Assembly (NCBI GenBank): GCA_905178155.1
Contig: CAJINV010000038.1
Location: 63,810-84,424, forward strand
Source of the DNA: Amoebophrya sp. A120
Taxonomy: Eukaryota; Protista; Dinoflagellata
DNA length: 20,615 nucleotides
Direction of reading: 5' to 3'
Below the pieces are notes generated by a model, which worked only from the letters and a program-made list of their open reading frames with translations, was not told the DNA's origin and searched no databases. Every line of letters begins with the position of its first letter. The stretch's first letter is position 1. Shown here piece by piece: positions 9,614 through 19,989 of this stretch. Position numbers and translations under genes: made by a program.

Positions 9614-9777
9614 CCAACTTCTCGCCAGCATCTTCGTCTATTTCTCACCGACTTCCATCCTCACTTCTCCCCAACTTCTCCACCAACTTCTCCGCCAACT
9701 TCTCCTTCCGCCAACTTCTCCACCAACTTCTCCACCAACTTCTCCAGCAACTTCTCCACCAACTTCTCAACAACTTC
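9614..9777 (+). repeat. 12-bp minisatellite (caacttctccac)n
   Basis: About 8-9 near-perfect units at 9672-9777 with degenerate units upstream. A decayed relative lies at ~8308-8397. Confidence 0.9.
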
Positions 9778-9850
9778 CATACTATTTCATGCAAAAATAA
9801 AAATATTTATGTGCAGGCTGTATTTATACAAGTGCGATACTTTTGCACAG

Positions 9851-10317
9851 GATACGTCTACCATTCGACGTTGTTGCGGGCTGCGGCGGAGGTCCGCCCC
9901 GCGCCGCAAACGCGACACCGGAGCAGGGCCGACCCGGGCAACGAGCCGAGCCTGTCGCGGAACGCCGCCCGCGAACTCGTTGGCTTCGGTCGGGACATGC
10001 GGAGACTTGCCGCAGCAGCAGGGGCGTCGCCGGCTGTTCTCAACGCCCCGAGCGATATCTGCAAGAAAACGAAGCGGACGCAGCCGGATGCCGCGCCGAA
10101 GCTGCTGAAGATTTGTGCCGCCGCCCTGTCTTCCTGGAAATCAGGAGAAACGAAGACGCCCGCACGAGTGAACTGGCACCACGCCCGCCCCGACCTCTCC
10201 GCCGAAGTTCTAGAGCCAAGCGAATTCACCAGAACGCGGCCGGGGTCAATTTTTTCTGCGGAGGACTGGCAAAAAATCACGGAGCATACCCAGAACAAAA
10301 CGCACCCAGTAGCTTAG
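9851..10317 (+). CDS. Probable coding exon of a hypothetical protein
   Basis: GC-rich open frame (YVYHSTLLRAAAEV...AEDWQKITEHT) beginning right after an acceptor-like ttttgcacag (9841-9850) that follows an AT-rich, minisatellite-containing stretch. Confidence 0.4.
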
Positions 10318-11248
10318 CGATGTTGCAGGCTCTTTTGCTAACTATCCCACGCATCCAGGCAGGGGCGCGGCATGTGCTAGCGATGAAGTTTCTGAGCGCT
10401 ACTAGACTTTCGCGCATGTGGTTCGGCACAGGACTCCAAACGAGAACTTGTTAAAGTCATGAAGTGCGTCTGCGTGGCTATTGCTTTGCCTTTCAGAGCA
10501 CTGCAAGAAAATCAAAATCGATGGGGATGGTTGTTTTTTTCTGGATACACGTGGCCGGACATGGCGACTTTGCTGATGAAAATGAAGCGCGCGATGTGGT
10601 CGCGACGATAGCCGTATCCTGGAAAACAGTCCTCGTCCCAGCCCTTGTTTCTCCACCCCCCTATGCATTGAGAACGCCGGTCCGAGTCGAGCGGCGCAGC
10701 CATTTTCTTTCTCGCGCGCAAGATGCGCATGCCCCGTGGCTTCACCTCAATACCATGGAAATGGATCAGCCTGCGGGTTTTTTTTGTCTGCGGAATCGAG
10801 TTGACGTAACCTTGGTTCTGCAGTTGCACTGGCTCTTGCAAGTCAGTTTTTCTTTTCGTATTTTTAGCGCAGTCGGTTTGCACCTGCTACCGAACGCGAC
10901 CACTGCCGCCTTCTAAGCAGGCTAATGCTGTTACCTTTTTTGTTACTGCGCGAAGGTGCGCTTGCGGTTGCGCGAGGGTGTCGGGGCTCTTTTCTGAGCT
11001 GCTCCGCCCGGAACGTGCTCGGGCAAGCCCAAAGTCTTTTTTTGTTGTAGAAGCGTTGCCGACACTTCTCTGCAGAAGCAGAGACGTTAACCAAGTCTGT
11101 CAGCGATACACTCGCGCAGCGCATGCCGGGCCACGGGGCCGGAGCGTGCGTTCTGCGCGCTGATGATCTATCCCTTTGCAAAGGCAGCGCGAAGCCTCTT
11201 GTCGTAGCTATCTAGGGCAACGGCCACCAACTTTCCGCGAAGAGACGC

Positions 11249-11335
11249 AATCGCAAAGACGAGCCGCTCGTCTTTGCGATTTGCGATCGCAAAGACGCAA
11301 TCGCAAAGACGGAATCGCTCGTCGCGAGCGATTCC
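11249..11335. repeat. Cluster of inverted repeats
   Basis: aatcgcaaagacgagc-c-gctcgtctttgcgatt (16-bp arms, 11249-11281), the palindrome tttgcgatcgcaaa, and ggaatcgctcg-tcg-cgagcgattcc (11311-11335). Confidence 0.85.
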
Positions 11336-13639
11336 TTTAGCAGGGACAAGAGGAAGGCCTGCGCGTTTGAACTTTTCTGCCCTTAGTCTCAAAAGAAGGG
11401 GCCCCCCTTCTTGCGTGCGCCTGAAGACGAGGTTGCGCGTTTTCTGCTACAGGTAAGGCAAGTGTCCGGACACTTTGGCCGCATTACATACATACTTCAG
11501 AAGAAATTGCCCGAAAGCGAAACCGACAACAGAACCACTCGCTCTGCGAGGTGGGTGGATACAAAAGCGCGAACCTTGTCACAATTTGCCGTCTGGCCAA
11601 TATTTGGACAAGGCTCGAAAATGTAGCAAAGCCTTGGGAAGCTGCCGCCCTAGAGTGTTTCCAGAGCTACACAAGTCGAGCTTAGCCTCTTGAGCTCGCC
11701 GCGGCCGCTAACATTCAGGGTCAGCGCCGTGTTCTACATGTCGCGTTCTGGCCTCCCGTCTGTTGTCAAAATCTGTCCTTCGTAGTGAAAAACCCTGGGT
11801 TTGCCAGTTTGCTCTTGTTGCCTTCGCAGGAAGACCGCTGATCACATAAAAAGTTGCCCAAAGTTCTGACGGATAGTGCGACTGTGACAACGCACATCTT
11901 CTCGTAGCGTTGTGCCCTCGAAAGACAATTTGGGCAGGCAACGGCGCCACACCCAAACCGAAGGCTCGGCTGGCAGTATTAAACAAAGAGGCGCTTATTT
12001 TGAGGGCGCGACTTGGTTCCTTTTTGCGCATGCGGGCGCCCTGTGGACTGCAGAAGTGTCGAGTTCCGGAAAACTAAAGAGTTTGAATTTCTGAAGCTAC
12101 TATGTAAATGCCGAAAGGCTCTCTCTCTTTGGACCCACACATGGCCAGTCTTTGAACTGCCACGCCCTCCCGTGACCGGCAGGGCCAGCGGCATTTCTCA
12201 ACGACAGGGAGAGGGATCGGCATAGCACTAGGCACGCCAGTTTTCTTCCCCCGATCAGCCAAGCACGGCAGACTTTGTAATTTTTATTGTGGAGGCATAA
12301 TTTAATTAAAGAAGCTTATTTATATGGAGTGGGGGGTGGTTGATAGCAGGCATGTGAGAGGACGTTTTTCCGCAGAAGACGAAGCGCAAACTGTCCAGCA
12401 CGCTTTGGACGAAACCGAGGGCAAAACGCAACGCATGGCGCTCTCCGGGAGCATCCTTCATCGTGCTGCCGAACGCTCCGGCTTGTTTTCCGCGGATCTC
12501 CCTCTCGCCCTGGCGGACTTCGATATTGTGTCGAAGACGAGGCTATCAACTGCAAACATCTCGGAGTCTGGTGGAAGTTTTGTCATGCACAGTCTGCATG
12601 GCTCCTGACCTAACCTAACGTCTTTGATGCATGCCCGAGCGCCACAGATTTTGTGAGGGCTCCGCAAGCCTGTACCGCATGCGAAATCGCTCTCGCCGTG
12701 GCAAACGCTCGACCTCTTTTGCTGTTCATGCAATGCAGGTTCTTGGAGAATCCCAATGCAGCGTCATAACTTGCATCCTTCCAGACCCAGATAACATATT
12801 TGCAATGCATTGAGGCTACGCCAGTTTCTCAAAGAAGGATATCCTGTGCAAGAAATTAGGCCCTTCCTTTTTCTTCGATTGTGTTGAATTTTCGCTAGTC
12901 TGTTTGAGCAATGCCTTGGCTTTGTTTTCACGGCTAGCAGCGCTGCCGCGGAAAGGGAGGTCTTAATCAGTGTGCGAAGGTTACACGCAAAGCCAAATGC
13001 AAACGAGCTCTTTCACTCGAACGACAAATGCAAGTCTGTGGCTACGCACTGCGAATGAACAGCATGGGTATTCCTATAGATCGTTGCACAGGATACTCTT
13101 TCGGGTATAGCAATGTGCAGCCCGGAAGTGGCTGAAGAAGTGCACAAGGCCGCAAAAGATTATTATCAAATTGAAAGCCCCCCCGAGCTCGTGGGTGGCT
13201 GTATGTCTCTATACTATTTCGAATGTCGATGCAGATCATGCTGCTTGCTCTAAATCAAACGGTAAACAAAAACATCCACGGTCACGACTCTCCGCATTGG
13301 AGAGCGCCCCTTTTGCAGCTTTCTTTCGTTCGCCTGTGGTGAACTTTCAATTTGATCCGTGCATGGCGAATTTTGTCAAGAGATGCGCAGCAACAGCCAA
13401 GGCAAACAGGCGGATGAATTTCTTCAACCTCGAGGACGCTATCCCATAGAAAGGTCACCAGCACAAGAAAAACAAACTGTGGCGCTGCCGCTGCCCCTTT
13501 CATCTGCATGATCCCAAAGGACAATCTCAAGACCGTTTATAGCAAACAGTCGCATCTACCGATGAATCAACTTACTGTGATGGAGATGCCGAGACAACGT
13601 GGCAAAGAAGACACTGAATGCAGGGGCTTCTGAAGAAAA

Positions 13640-14302
13640 TTGAGCATGCCCACTAGCCAAAAAAGCAATTTCTGTTCGCCAGATGGTGGCGGGCAAAAGC
13701 AGGAGCTTTTGAATGTGGCATTGATTGGTGATCGCTTCTGTAGCATAGCTGTTCGGCGCCAGGGAGGCGACCATCGTTTTCGACGCGACGTCGATGCTGG
13801 CCCTATGCCCTTCCATGAAACTTTGCGAGAATTTTCCGTACAAGCGTGCGGCTTGGCTCCCAACAAGAAGGACGGCGCCAGCGATGCAGTGCGGAAAGAA
13901 TTAGCGGGGTACCTCGTTGCCATGGCAGAAAACTACGCAAGAACAGAAACGCTGCGACGGTTACAATCGCCCCCCTTTGCCTTTTACGTCTTGAACCATG
14001 TGCGCACTGCTCCGGCCTGCCCCATTCATACCGCAAAAAGCGCCGCGCCCTTTTTCAAATACAGCCGCGCAGAGAACTTCGAGCGCGCGACGCCGCCAAC
14101 AACTCTGAGAGGCAGACGCGGCCATCCTGCAGCAGGGTCCTTGAGCATCGCAGACGGAGGTCTTTGGCTACCTCTCTGTGAAACTCCGCGGAAAGGGCCG
14201 AAAAAAACCTGCGCAGACAATCTTGGAGCTTCTCTGCGAGCTCCGGCGGACTCCCTTTCGGAACGCATCGCTTTCTGTTTAGCAGCTAGACGGGATGAGT
14301 GA
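13640..14302 (+). CDS. Hypothetical protein fragment or exon
   Basis: 220-aa ORF with globular-looking composition. It is one of a chain of plus-strand ORFs from ~10460 to 15580. No family recognised. Confidence 0.3.
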   Translation: MSMPTSQKSNFCSPDGGGQKQELLNVALIGDRFCSIAVRRQGGDHRFRRDVDAGPMPFHETLREFSVQACGLAPNKKDGASDAVRKELAGYLVAMAENYARTETLRRLQSPPFAFYVLNHVRTAPACPIHTAKSAAPFFKYSRAENFERATPPTTLRGRRGHPAAGSLSIADGGLWLPLCETPRKGPKKTCADNLGASLRAPADSLSERIAFCLAARRDE

Positions 14303-15641
14303 GGAAACCACTCGCCCAGCACTGATATTGAGGCCGTGCCCCGGGCGCTTGTCTGCTGGCAACCGCTTTATTTCAGTTCGGGCACTAGCCGGGACCGGGA
14401 GAAAGCGCGCCAGTGCAAGGAAATTCTTCAAGCCGGTCAACCGGTAGAGCAATTTTTTATCAACGACGAGCGCACTTTCTGCGGGTTCGGGCGGGCGCGG
14501 AGGTGTGCTGGCTGGTTCCTCACACTTGGTACGGCGCTAGACGTACAGCCCCCCACAACTTTTGTTTCTTTGTCTTGGAAGGTCGCCACGAAAGGCCCGC
14601 CTTGACTTTTCCGGAAATTTTTTTTGTAGAGGAGTTCGCATTATAGTCCACCACTCGCCTCACCCTGTGCCGTTTGCGCCGGCCGGTGAGCCGACTCACC
14701 GGTTGCTCAGATGAGTCCTTTCCCTGATCTTCTTCGCCAAGCTTGTCGTAGGGAAAATTGTGTGCCGTGCTCGAAGCCTCCGATAATCGCCAGCCGAGCC
14801 CGAGTTGCCACCTTATGCGAACGCCTCCGCCTAGACGGAGGGCGCGTGCAGTATAAATCTCGCCACAGTAGCGCTGCCGATTGTGCAGTCCATTTTATTT
14901 TTTTTGCTGGGGGTTGGGCTCTTCCACCGCTTCTCTTGCGTACAGAAAAGAGGTGGCGCCCCTGTTCTCTTGCCTGCCACTTGAGAAGAGGTTCCTGCAG
15001 AGAGGAACGTCGACGCGCCAGCGCCCAAACTGCCGAACCCGTGCCCGAATTCGGGCGGGAACAATTCCCAGACCCAGTGGCGCCTTTAAGCACCAAGCTG
15101 GACCCTAACTCTCGCGCTTCGCGGCCGGGAGCCATCTAAATATGTATGAGCTGCAATCCTGGCGCATGCAGCCACCAGAAGAGAGATTAGCGCTGGGGTA
15201 CGCATCAAAAACGCTATATGTGATTTCTGGAAAAAAATTGCGGGGCAAAACTTCAGCAACGTTTCTCCCTGGATACCGCACTCGCTATAAATGTGCCGCA
15301 CTACAACACGAAGGCCATGAAAAAAGAACCAACAAAAGCGGGCCGACTGCGGGCGAAAATAGGTTTGAAGCACGTTCAAAACGCTACGCCGCTGGTCTCG
15401 GGGCCTGAATGGAAGTCACAACCTTATGGCATTGCAAAGAGTCACACTATTCGTTGCTGCATGGATTTGTCATTTGTGATGCATCAAATCTTCAAAACAG
15501 GCAAACGCAAAAGGAACGCGCTTATTCATCTTCTTGGTCTTGCTCTGCAATTCCGGTACATATTTCAATGTTATTAGGGATCCGCACCACAGGGCATGCA
15601 ACAGCGATCCGTGTAGGGCTTGAGAATGCTATAGTTGCGAA

Positions 15642-16919
15642 ATGCGGCGCCAGCAGGCTAAAGCAGCGAAGGACACGCAGCTGGAGAAGGCAAAAGCGGC
15701 CAAGGTGAGAGCGGAAAAACGACGCATAGCGGTGGAAAACCAACAAGCCGGCCGTGCTTCAGCGGAGGTTCTACAAGAAAATACCGCGAGCAGTGCGACC
15801 GCGCCTTCCACCAAGCCTTTGAGTGATGCCGGCGGCGGAGTTGCACACACTAAGCGAGGCAGCGCAAACGGTCTTTCCGTGTCGCCGATCGACGCTAAGC
15901 GCATTACGACGGGCGCCGGCACCTCTTCCTCCGTGAGTACCTCTCGAAGCGGTGAGAATGCAGAAAGCAAAGCACCTCCGCAGCAGCTGAAACCGCAATC
16001 CAGCTCCAGCCAACAACCGAAGCAGTTGCCATCCGTAAACAGCTCGCAGCCAGGCGGGAACTCTGCTACGGCTGAGGCGCTTGAGACGAAGACTAACGAT
16101 GTCTTCAGGCGTTTGAGGCGGAAGGCTGAGGCCAGTTTGGACATTGCAGAACACGTCGCAAAGCAGCTTGAGCAGGTCGCGACAGACGCGGCGGAGTGCG
16201 CTTCCCTGGGCCACGCCACCCAGTCTTTACTGAGGGGCATTCAAAAGTACACCATGTGGCGCAACAACTATGTGAAAGAGCTGCACAACAAGCAGATGGC
16301 GAAAAACAAGAACTACGGACGACCTGGAATGGAGCAGCAAACGAAAGGCACGAAAACGGCTTCGAACAAGCGCCCCGCCGTTGACGACGACGACGACGTT
16401 GCGCGACCACCGTCAAAGAAGACAAAGGAGGAGATCGAGAGCAAGAAAATGCAAAAGGACTGCAGAAATTGCTTCGACGGAAAGATGAAGGAGGAACCTA
16501 GCTCAAGATTCGACGTGGCCCTGGTCGCAGTCAAAGCGAAGAGGGAAAAGAACAAACTTCTCAAAGTGCAGGAAGAAGACCGCAAACGGAAGGACAAAGC
16601 CGCTGGCGCACCAATAGGGCCAGGAGCAGCTGTTGGCGCTGCACCAGCTACGACGAGACACTCCGCTGCTAAACAGGATGCTTCCCAACCGACGAAGAGA
16701 AAACTAACCAACGATGCGCGCGCAGAGATGAAGCGGCTGGAGGGGGAGCAAGAGAAAAGGGTGGAACGGAAATACGACGAGCGGATGAAGAGCGGCCGCG
16801 CTTCCGAGAAAGTCGAAGTACGGGTAGACGCCGACGGCGAGGAGGACGAAGAGGACGATCTTCTGGCCGAGAATCCGCACTGCCACAGAACAAGGAGACG
16901 CTCGAACGATAAACGATGA
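15642..16919 (+). CDS. Hypothetical highly charged, low-complexity or coiled-coil protein (probably an exon)
   Basis: 425-aa ORF rich in K/E/A/S/Q with basic clusters (PPSKKTK, TKRKL). No recognisable domain. Confidence 0.55.
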   Translation: MRRQQAKAAKDTQLEKAKAAKVRAEKRRIAVENQQAGRASAEVLQENTASSATAPSTKPLSDAGGGVAHTKRGSANGLSVSPIDAKRITTGAGTSSSVSTSRSGENAESKAPPQQLKPQSSSSQQPKQLPSVNSSQPGGNSATAEALETKTNDVFRRLRRKAEASLDIAEHVAKQLEQVATDAAECASLGHATQSLLRGIQKYTMWRNNYVKELHNKQMAKNKNYGRPGMEQQTKGTKTASNKRPAVDDDDDVARPPSKKTKEEIESKKMQKDCRNCFDGKMKEEPSSRFDVALVAVKAKREKNKLLKVQEEDRKRKDKAAGAPIGPGAAVGAAPATTRHSAAKQDASQPTKRKLTNDARAEMKRLEGEQEKRVERKYDERMKSGRASEKVEVRVDADGEEDEEDDLLAENPHCHRTRRRSNDKR

Positions 16920-18266
16920 CGAAAGTGCATGCGTTATTAGAGAGCGCAAACACAACGGCAGCATCAACCAGCGCGGAACTTTGCGGAATGAAAAGCAGCC
17001 ACACGAAAAGCAAGCAAAAGTGACATCTTCGCCGCGGAGTTGCTTGCTCGAGTACAAGCAAGCTATGTGTATACTGTGTCAGTGTACGAGTCCTTGCGTG
17101 CTTTTTTACTGGCGTCTTCTGGTGAGAGCGGCCTCAATTATCAACGCCACAAAACCCCTAATATACACTCACCATTGAAAAAAGAACGTCCGCGGTAGCG
17201 CTCGATGTCGCAGGCAATCCGGCTGCGGATAAAGATAGAACGTAACCACGCTACCGAATAGCTTTTTTCAAGAAAGACAGAAAGAGATGAAGACTCGGGA
17301 AGTTTTCTTCATATAAAAGTGACAAGCAAGTAGACCGTCGAGTTAGTGCTGGGTAGTTCTCGTGTCCTGTGCGTTTGTGTTCGAATGCAAATGCGCCTTG
17401 TGCAACTTGTCATGAGCGACAAAAGAGAGAAAAAGAGGCAACAGAGTTGAACTCGAAATCGAAGCAATGTTGAGGCATGAGACATTTATCACCAAAGTCG
17501 TATCGTCTCATTGCGGAGCGTGGTGCTACATACTGATGTTTTAGCTTCCTGAGTGCAAATGCTGATACCAGGGATAGTGGCGACGAGCATGAACAGTGGA
17601 TTGCAAATTCGCTACGATTTTTGATCTTTTTTGGAGCTCCTCGGCTACCCGACGTCGTACTACCGAATTCGAAGCACTCATGCTGGTGCGACTCGATAGG
17701 CGAAAATAATCTAAAAAACCGCATATCGGAATCGGTAAACAAACTACTTCCTGTGTTGGCGTTTGTCCTGATCTTGATGAAAAGCCACGAGATCTATGGG
17801 CGAGATTTCGGCATAGGAACCTACACGCAATCCCAGAGAAATATTACCGTGAGGAGAGCAGAAAGTGCGCGACTTTTTAACACGTTAGCGCACCCGAAGC
17901 TCTTGCTCTTTTTTATTCTTTGGACAATTTTGGCCCGGCATCGATGCCCCCTGAAGCGAACCAAGAGAAGTTGCCATCTCACCAAAGGCTGGCGGCTACC
18001 TGCCAAAACTCCCAAAAGGCAAGTTCAAGCGCTGTCGCCTCCGAGTTCGGGCGCGCCCGCTCGGACGCCACAGCCGTCGTCTCCGGGGAGTGCGCCCGGG
18101 CCTCGAAGCTGGACATGGGCAGCCCGCTCCGGTTCCGATCACACGAATGTCGTGTCGATTGAGTCCGAATCTCAAAGCTGCCCTTGTGCGTGCGAGCACC
18201 TCGCGCGGGGGCGGGCCACGCAGTTGAATTCTTCGGCGATGATGCACGGGTCTCAAAACGGGAAAT

Positions 18267-18460
18267 GAGCAGTTCGCCCCGGTTCGGGCGCCGCGGTGGT
18301 TGTCTCCGAGGATTGGCGCCGGGTCTTGAAACCGGGACGAGTAGCTCGTGCCGGTTGGAGCGCCACGGGGATTGTTTCCTGGGATTGACCCCGGAGGTCA
18401 CAGGTAGGGCTGAGCAGCTCGTGCCGGTTCGAGCGCCGCCGGGCTTGTCTCCGAGAATGA
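18267..18460. repeat. Degenerate ~72-bp tandem repeat, 3 copies
   Basis: gag(c/t)ag(c/t)tcg..ccggtt(c/g)g(a/g)gcgcc....g.ttgt(c/t)tcc occurs at about 18268, 18340 and 18412. Confidence 0.8.
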
Positions 18461-18789
18461 AGCTTAGTCTCGAAGCACCCCGCGTCGCATCGCACTTCAC
18501 GGTTGACTCGGACGGGGAGTGACTCCGGGTGTCACTCCTGGGCCTTCTTGGCGCGAATTGAAAGCAAACACATATTATTCCTTGATGTGGAAAAGTCCGC
18601 AGCGTGTGAAAGTTGGATAGCCCTCGGGGACGTGTAACGATAAAGCCTGTCGTTGAGGTTGCGTCGTCACTCACGTGGCCGTGGAACCGTCCTGTTGCAC
18701 ACATTTCCAGCTGTAGTATGCTGATCACCCTAGCATGCTGCTCCGCTTTACCAAGCTCAAAAAGCCCACTTTCCCAGCTCAAGTGCGCG

Positions 18790-19195
18790 GGCATTGGCCT
18801 TTGGGTGGGAGTACTTTTGATCCTTCTTTCCCTGGAGCAAAAAAACGGCAGGAGCGCCAGACGATAGGTCTTGAAAAAGCCGCATCTTCCCAGCCCCGAA
18901 ACGCGGGGTCGTGGCCTTTGGTCGGGGGTACTTTTGACCTTGCTTGCCCAAGCCCAAAAACGGCAGGAGCGCCGGGCGAAGGGTCTTGAAAGAGTCCTAC
19001 TCTCACACCTGAGGAGCGCGGTTCTTGGTCTTGCCATTTCGTCGGGGGTACTTTCGCCCAGGCAAAAAGGGGCAGGAGTACGGAACAAGGGATTTTGAAA
19101 AAATCCGACTGCCCCATTCAAGGCACGGCTCTTGGACTTTGGTCGAGGCTATTTTTGACCCTACTTTCCCCGGGGCAAAAACGACAAGAAGTATT
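18790..19195. repeat. Degenerate ~100-117-bp tandem repeat, ~4 copies
   Basis: tggcctttgg...gtacttttga...caaaaacggcaggagcgcc...gtcttgaaa occurs at ~18795 and ~18912, with weaker copies at ~19030 and ~19131. Confidence 0.8.
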
Positions 19196-19249
19196 CTTCG
19201 TCTGGATTCAACAAAAACTACCAAAGTAGGACTGACTTTGCGCATCTTC

Positions 19250-19539
19250 CAGGACTCGAGTCGTTGCTTTAGCTGCTGAGCACTTTAGCTTTAGCTACTT
19301 ACCACAAAGTATGCGATTTTTTACAACGTTAGGGTATCCGGAACTCTAGTTTTTTGCTACTTAGGTAATTTCGGCCCGGTTGTGCCTCCTGCTGAAGCGT
19401 GGCCCTGGGTCCGATTCCCAGGCTCGATCCCCGGTGATGATCCTGGTCCTGGGACCCGGGTTCGATTCCCGGTCGGTCCGACCTCCTGGTTCGATTCCCG
19501 GTGTTGCTTCAAAAGCTTTCGGGTTCGACTCCCGGAATG
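19250..19539. repeat. Spacer block of the 5S/SL cassette, copy A
   Basis: caggactcgagtcg ... ttagctacttaccacaaagtatgcgattttttacaacgttag.gtatccggaactctagttttttgctacttaggtaattt ... gggttcgactccc.gaatg recurs at 20222-20548, an offset of about 1002 bp. Confidence 0.93.
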
Positions 19540-19640
19540 ACAAGCGTGGGGCTCGATCCCACGCGAGCACTCGCATGACAAGCGTGGGGCTCGACCCCAC
19601 GCGGGCTCCCAGAATGACGGGCGTGGGGTTCGCACCCCGA
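19405..19640. repeat. Array of tRNA T-arm / B-box-like hairpins, with no complete tRNA
   Basis: Plus strand: ccgggTTCGATTcccgg, ctggTTCGATTcccgg and cgggTTCGACTcccg. Three ~38-bp units (19537, 19575, 19614) read on the minus strand as gcgtggg(a/g)tcgagccccacgcttgtca, resembling tRNA-Leu 3' ends. Confidence 0.65.
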
Positions 19641-19676
19641 ACGACCTTCTCGATTCGCGCAGACGCGCGAAAATGG

Positions 19677-19732
19677 AAAAGGGACTGCGAGTAGCAAGGC
19701 ACGATATGGCACCTTGAGCCAATGGCTACGGT
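19677..19732 (-). ncRNA. Spliced-leader (DinoSL-type) RNA gene with a 20-nt leader exon, GT donor and short intron
   Basis: The minus strand reads ACCGTAGCCATTGGCTCAAG|GTGCCATATCGTGCCTTGCTACTCGCAGTCCCTTTT. The exon (19713-19732) equals the DinoSL DCCGTAGCCATTTTGGCTCAAG minus two T. It is followed by GT and ends at a T-run after ~56 nt, the size of short dinoflagellate SL RNAs. It is 5S-linked. Confidence 0.9.
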
Positions 19733-19800
19733 GCACGCGTTCGACGATCGTCACTGGGGACCACTAGTCTCAATTAGATTTGCGGCGCCGATACGGATAC

Positions 19801-19804
19801 AAAA
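19801..19804 (-). terminator. Pol III T4 terminator of 5S copy 1 (equivalents at 19985-19988 and 19677-19680)
   Basis: TTTT on the minus strand just after the 5S 3' end (GCTAGCT-C-TTTT). Confidence 0.6.
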
Positions 19805-19805
19805 G

Positions 19806-19927
19806 AGCTAGCAGCACCCTAAGGGCTTCCCAGGCGGTCCCCCACCCCAGTACTGGCCGGGCCCTGCAACGGTTAACTTTGCGGGTCGGACGAGGTCTGG
19901 TGTATTCGTTGCCGTATGGCCGTAAGC
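19806..19927 (-). rRNA. 5S rRNA, copy 1 (divergent 5' half; variant or pseudogene)
   Basis: The minus strand reads GCTTACGGCCATAC...AAGTTAA...CAGTACTGGGGTGGGGGACCGCCTGGGAAG...GTGCTGCTAGCT, ~122 nt, with eukaryotic 5S signatures and a T-run after it. Confidence 0.92.
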
Positions 19928-19989
19928 GGTTGCTTACCCTCATCCTGATCAGGTGCCTCCACGTGCCGGAGCTGAACGACACACAAAAG

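Noticed and set aside
9580-9800. Leu/Gln/His-rich or Thr/Ser/Pro-rich peptide repeats
   Set aside because: They are translations of the 12-bp minisatellite, which is probably intronic.
17979-19121. 380-aa minus-strand ORF
   Set aside because: It runs through two degenerate tandem repeats, is Arg/Pro/Ser-rich and has no domain signal, so it is probably open by chance.
19405-19640. Intact tRNA genes
   Set aside because: Only T-arm and 3' acceptor-like pieces are visible, with no D-arm, anticodon arm or matching 5' acceptor strand.
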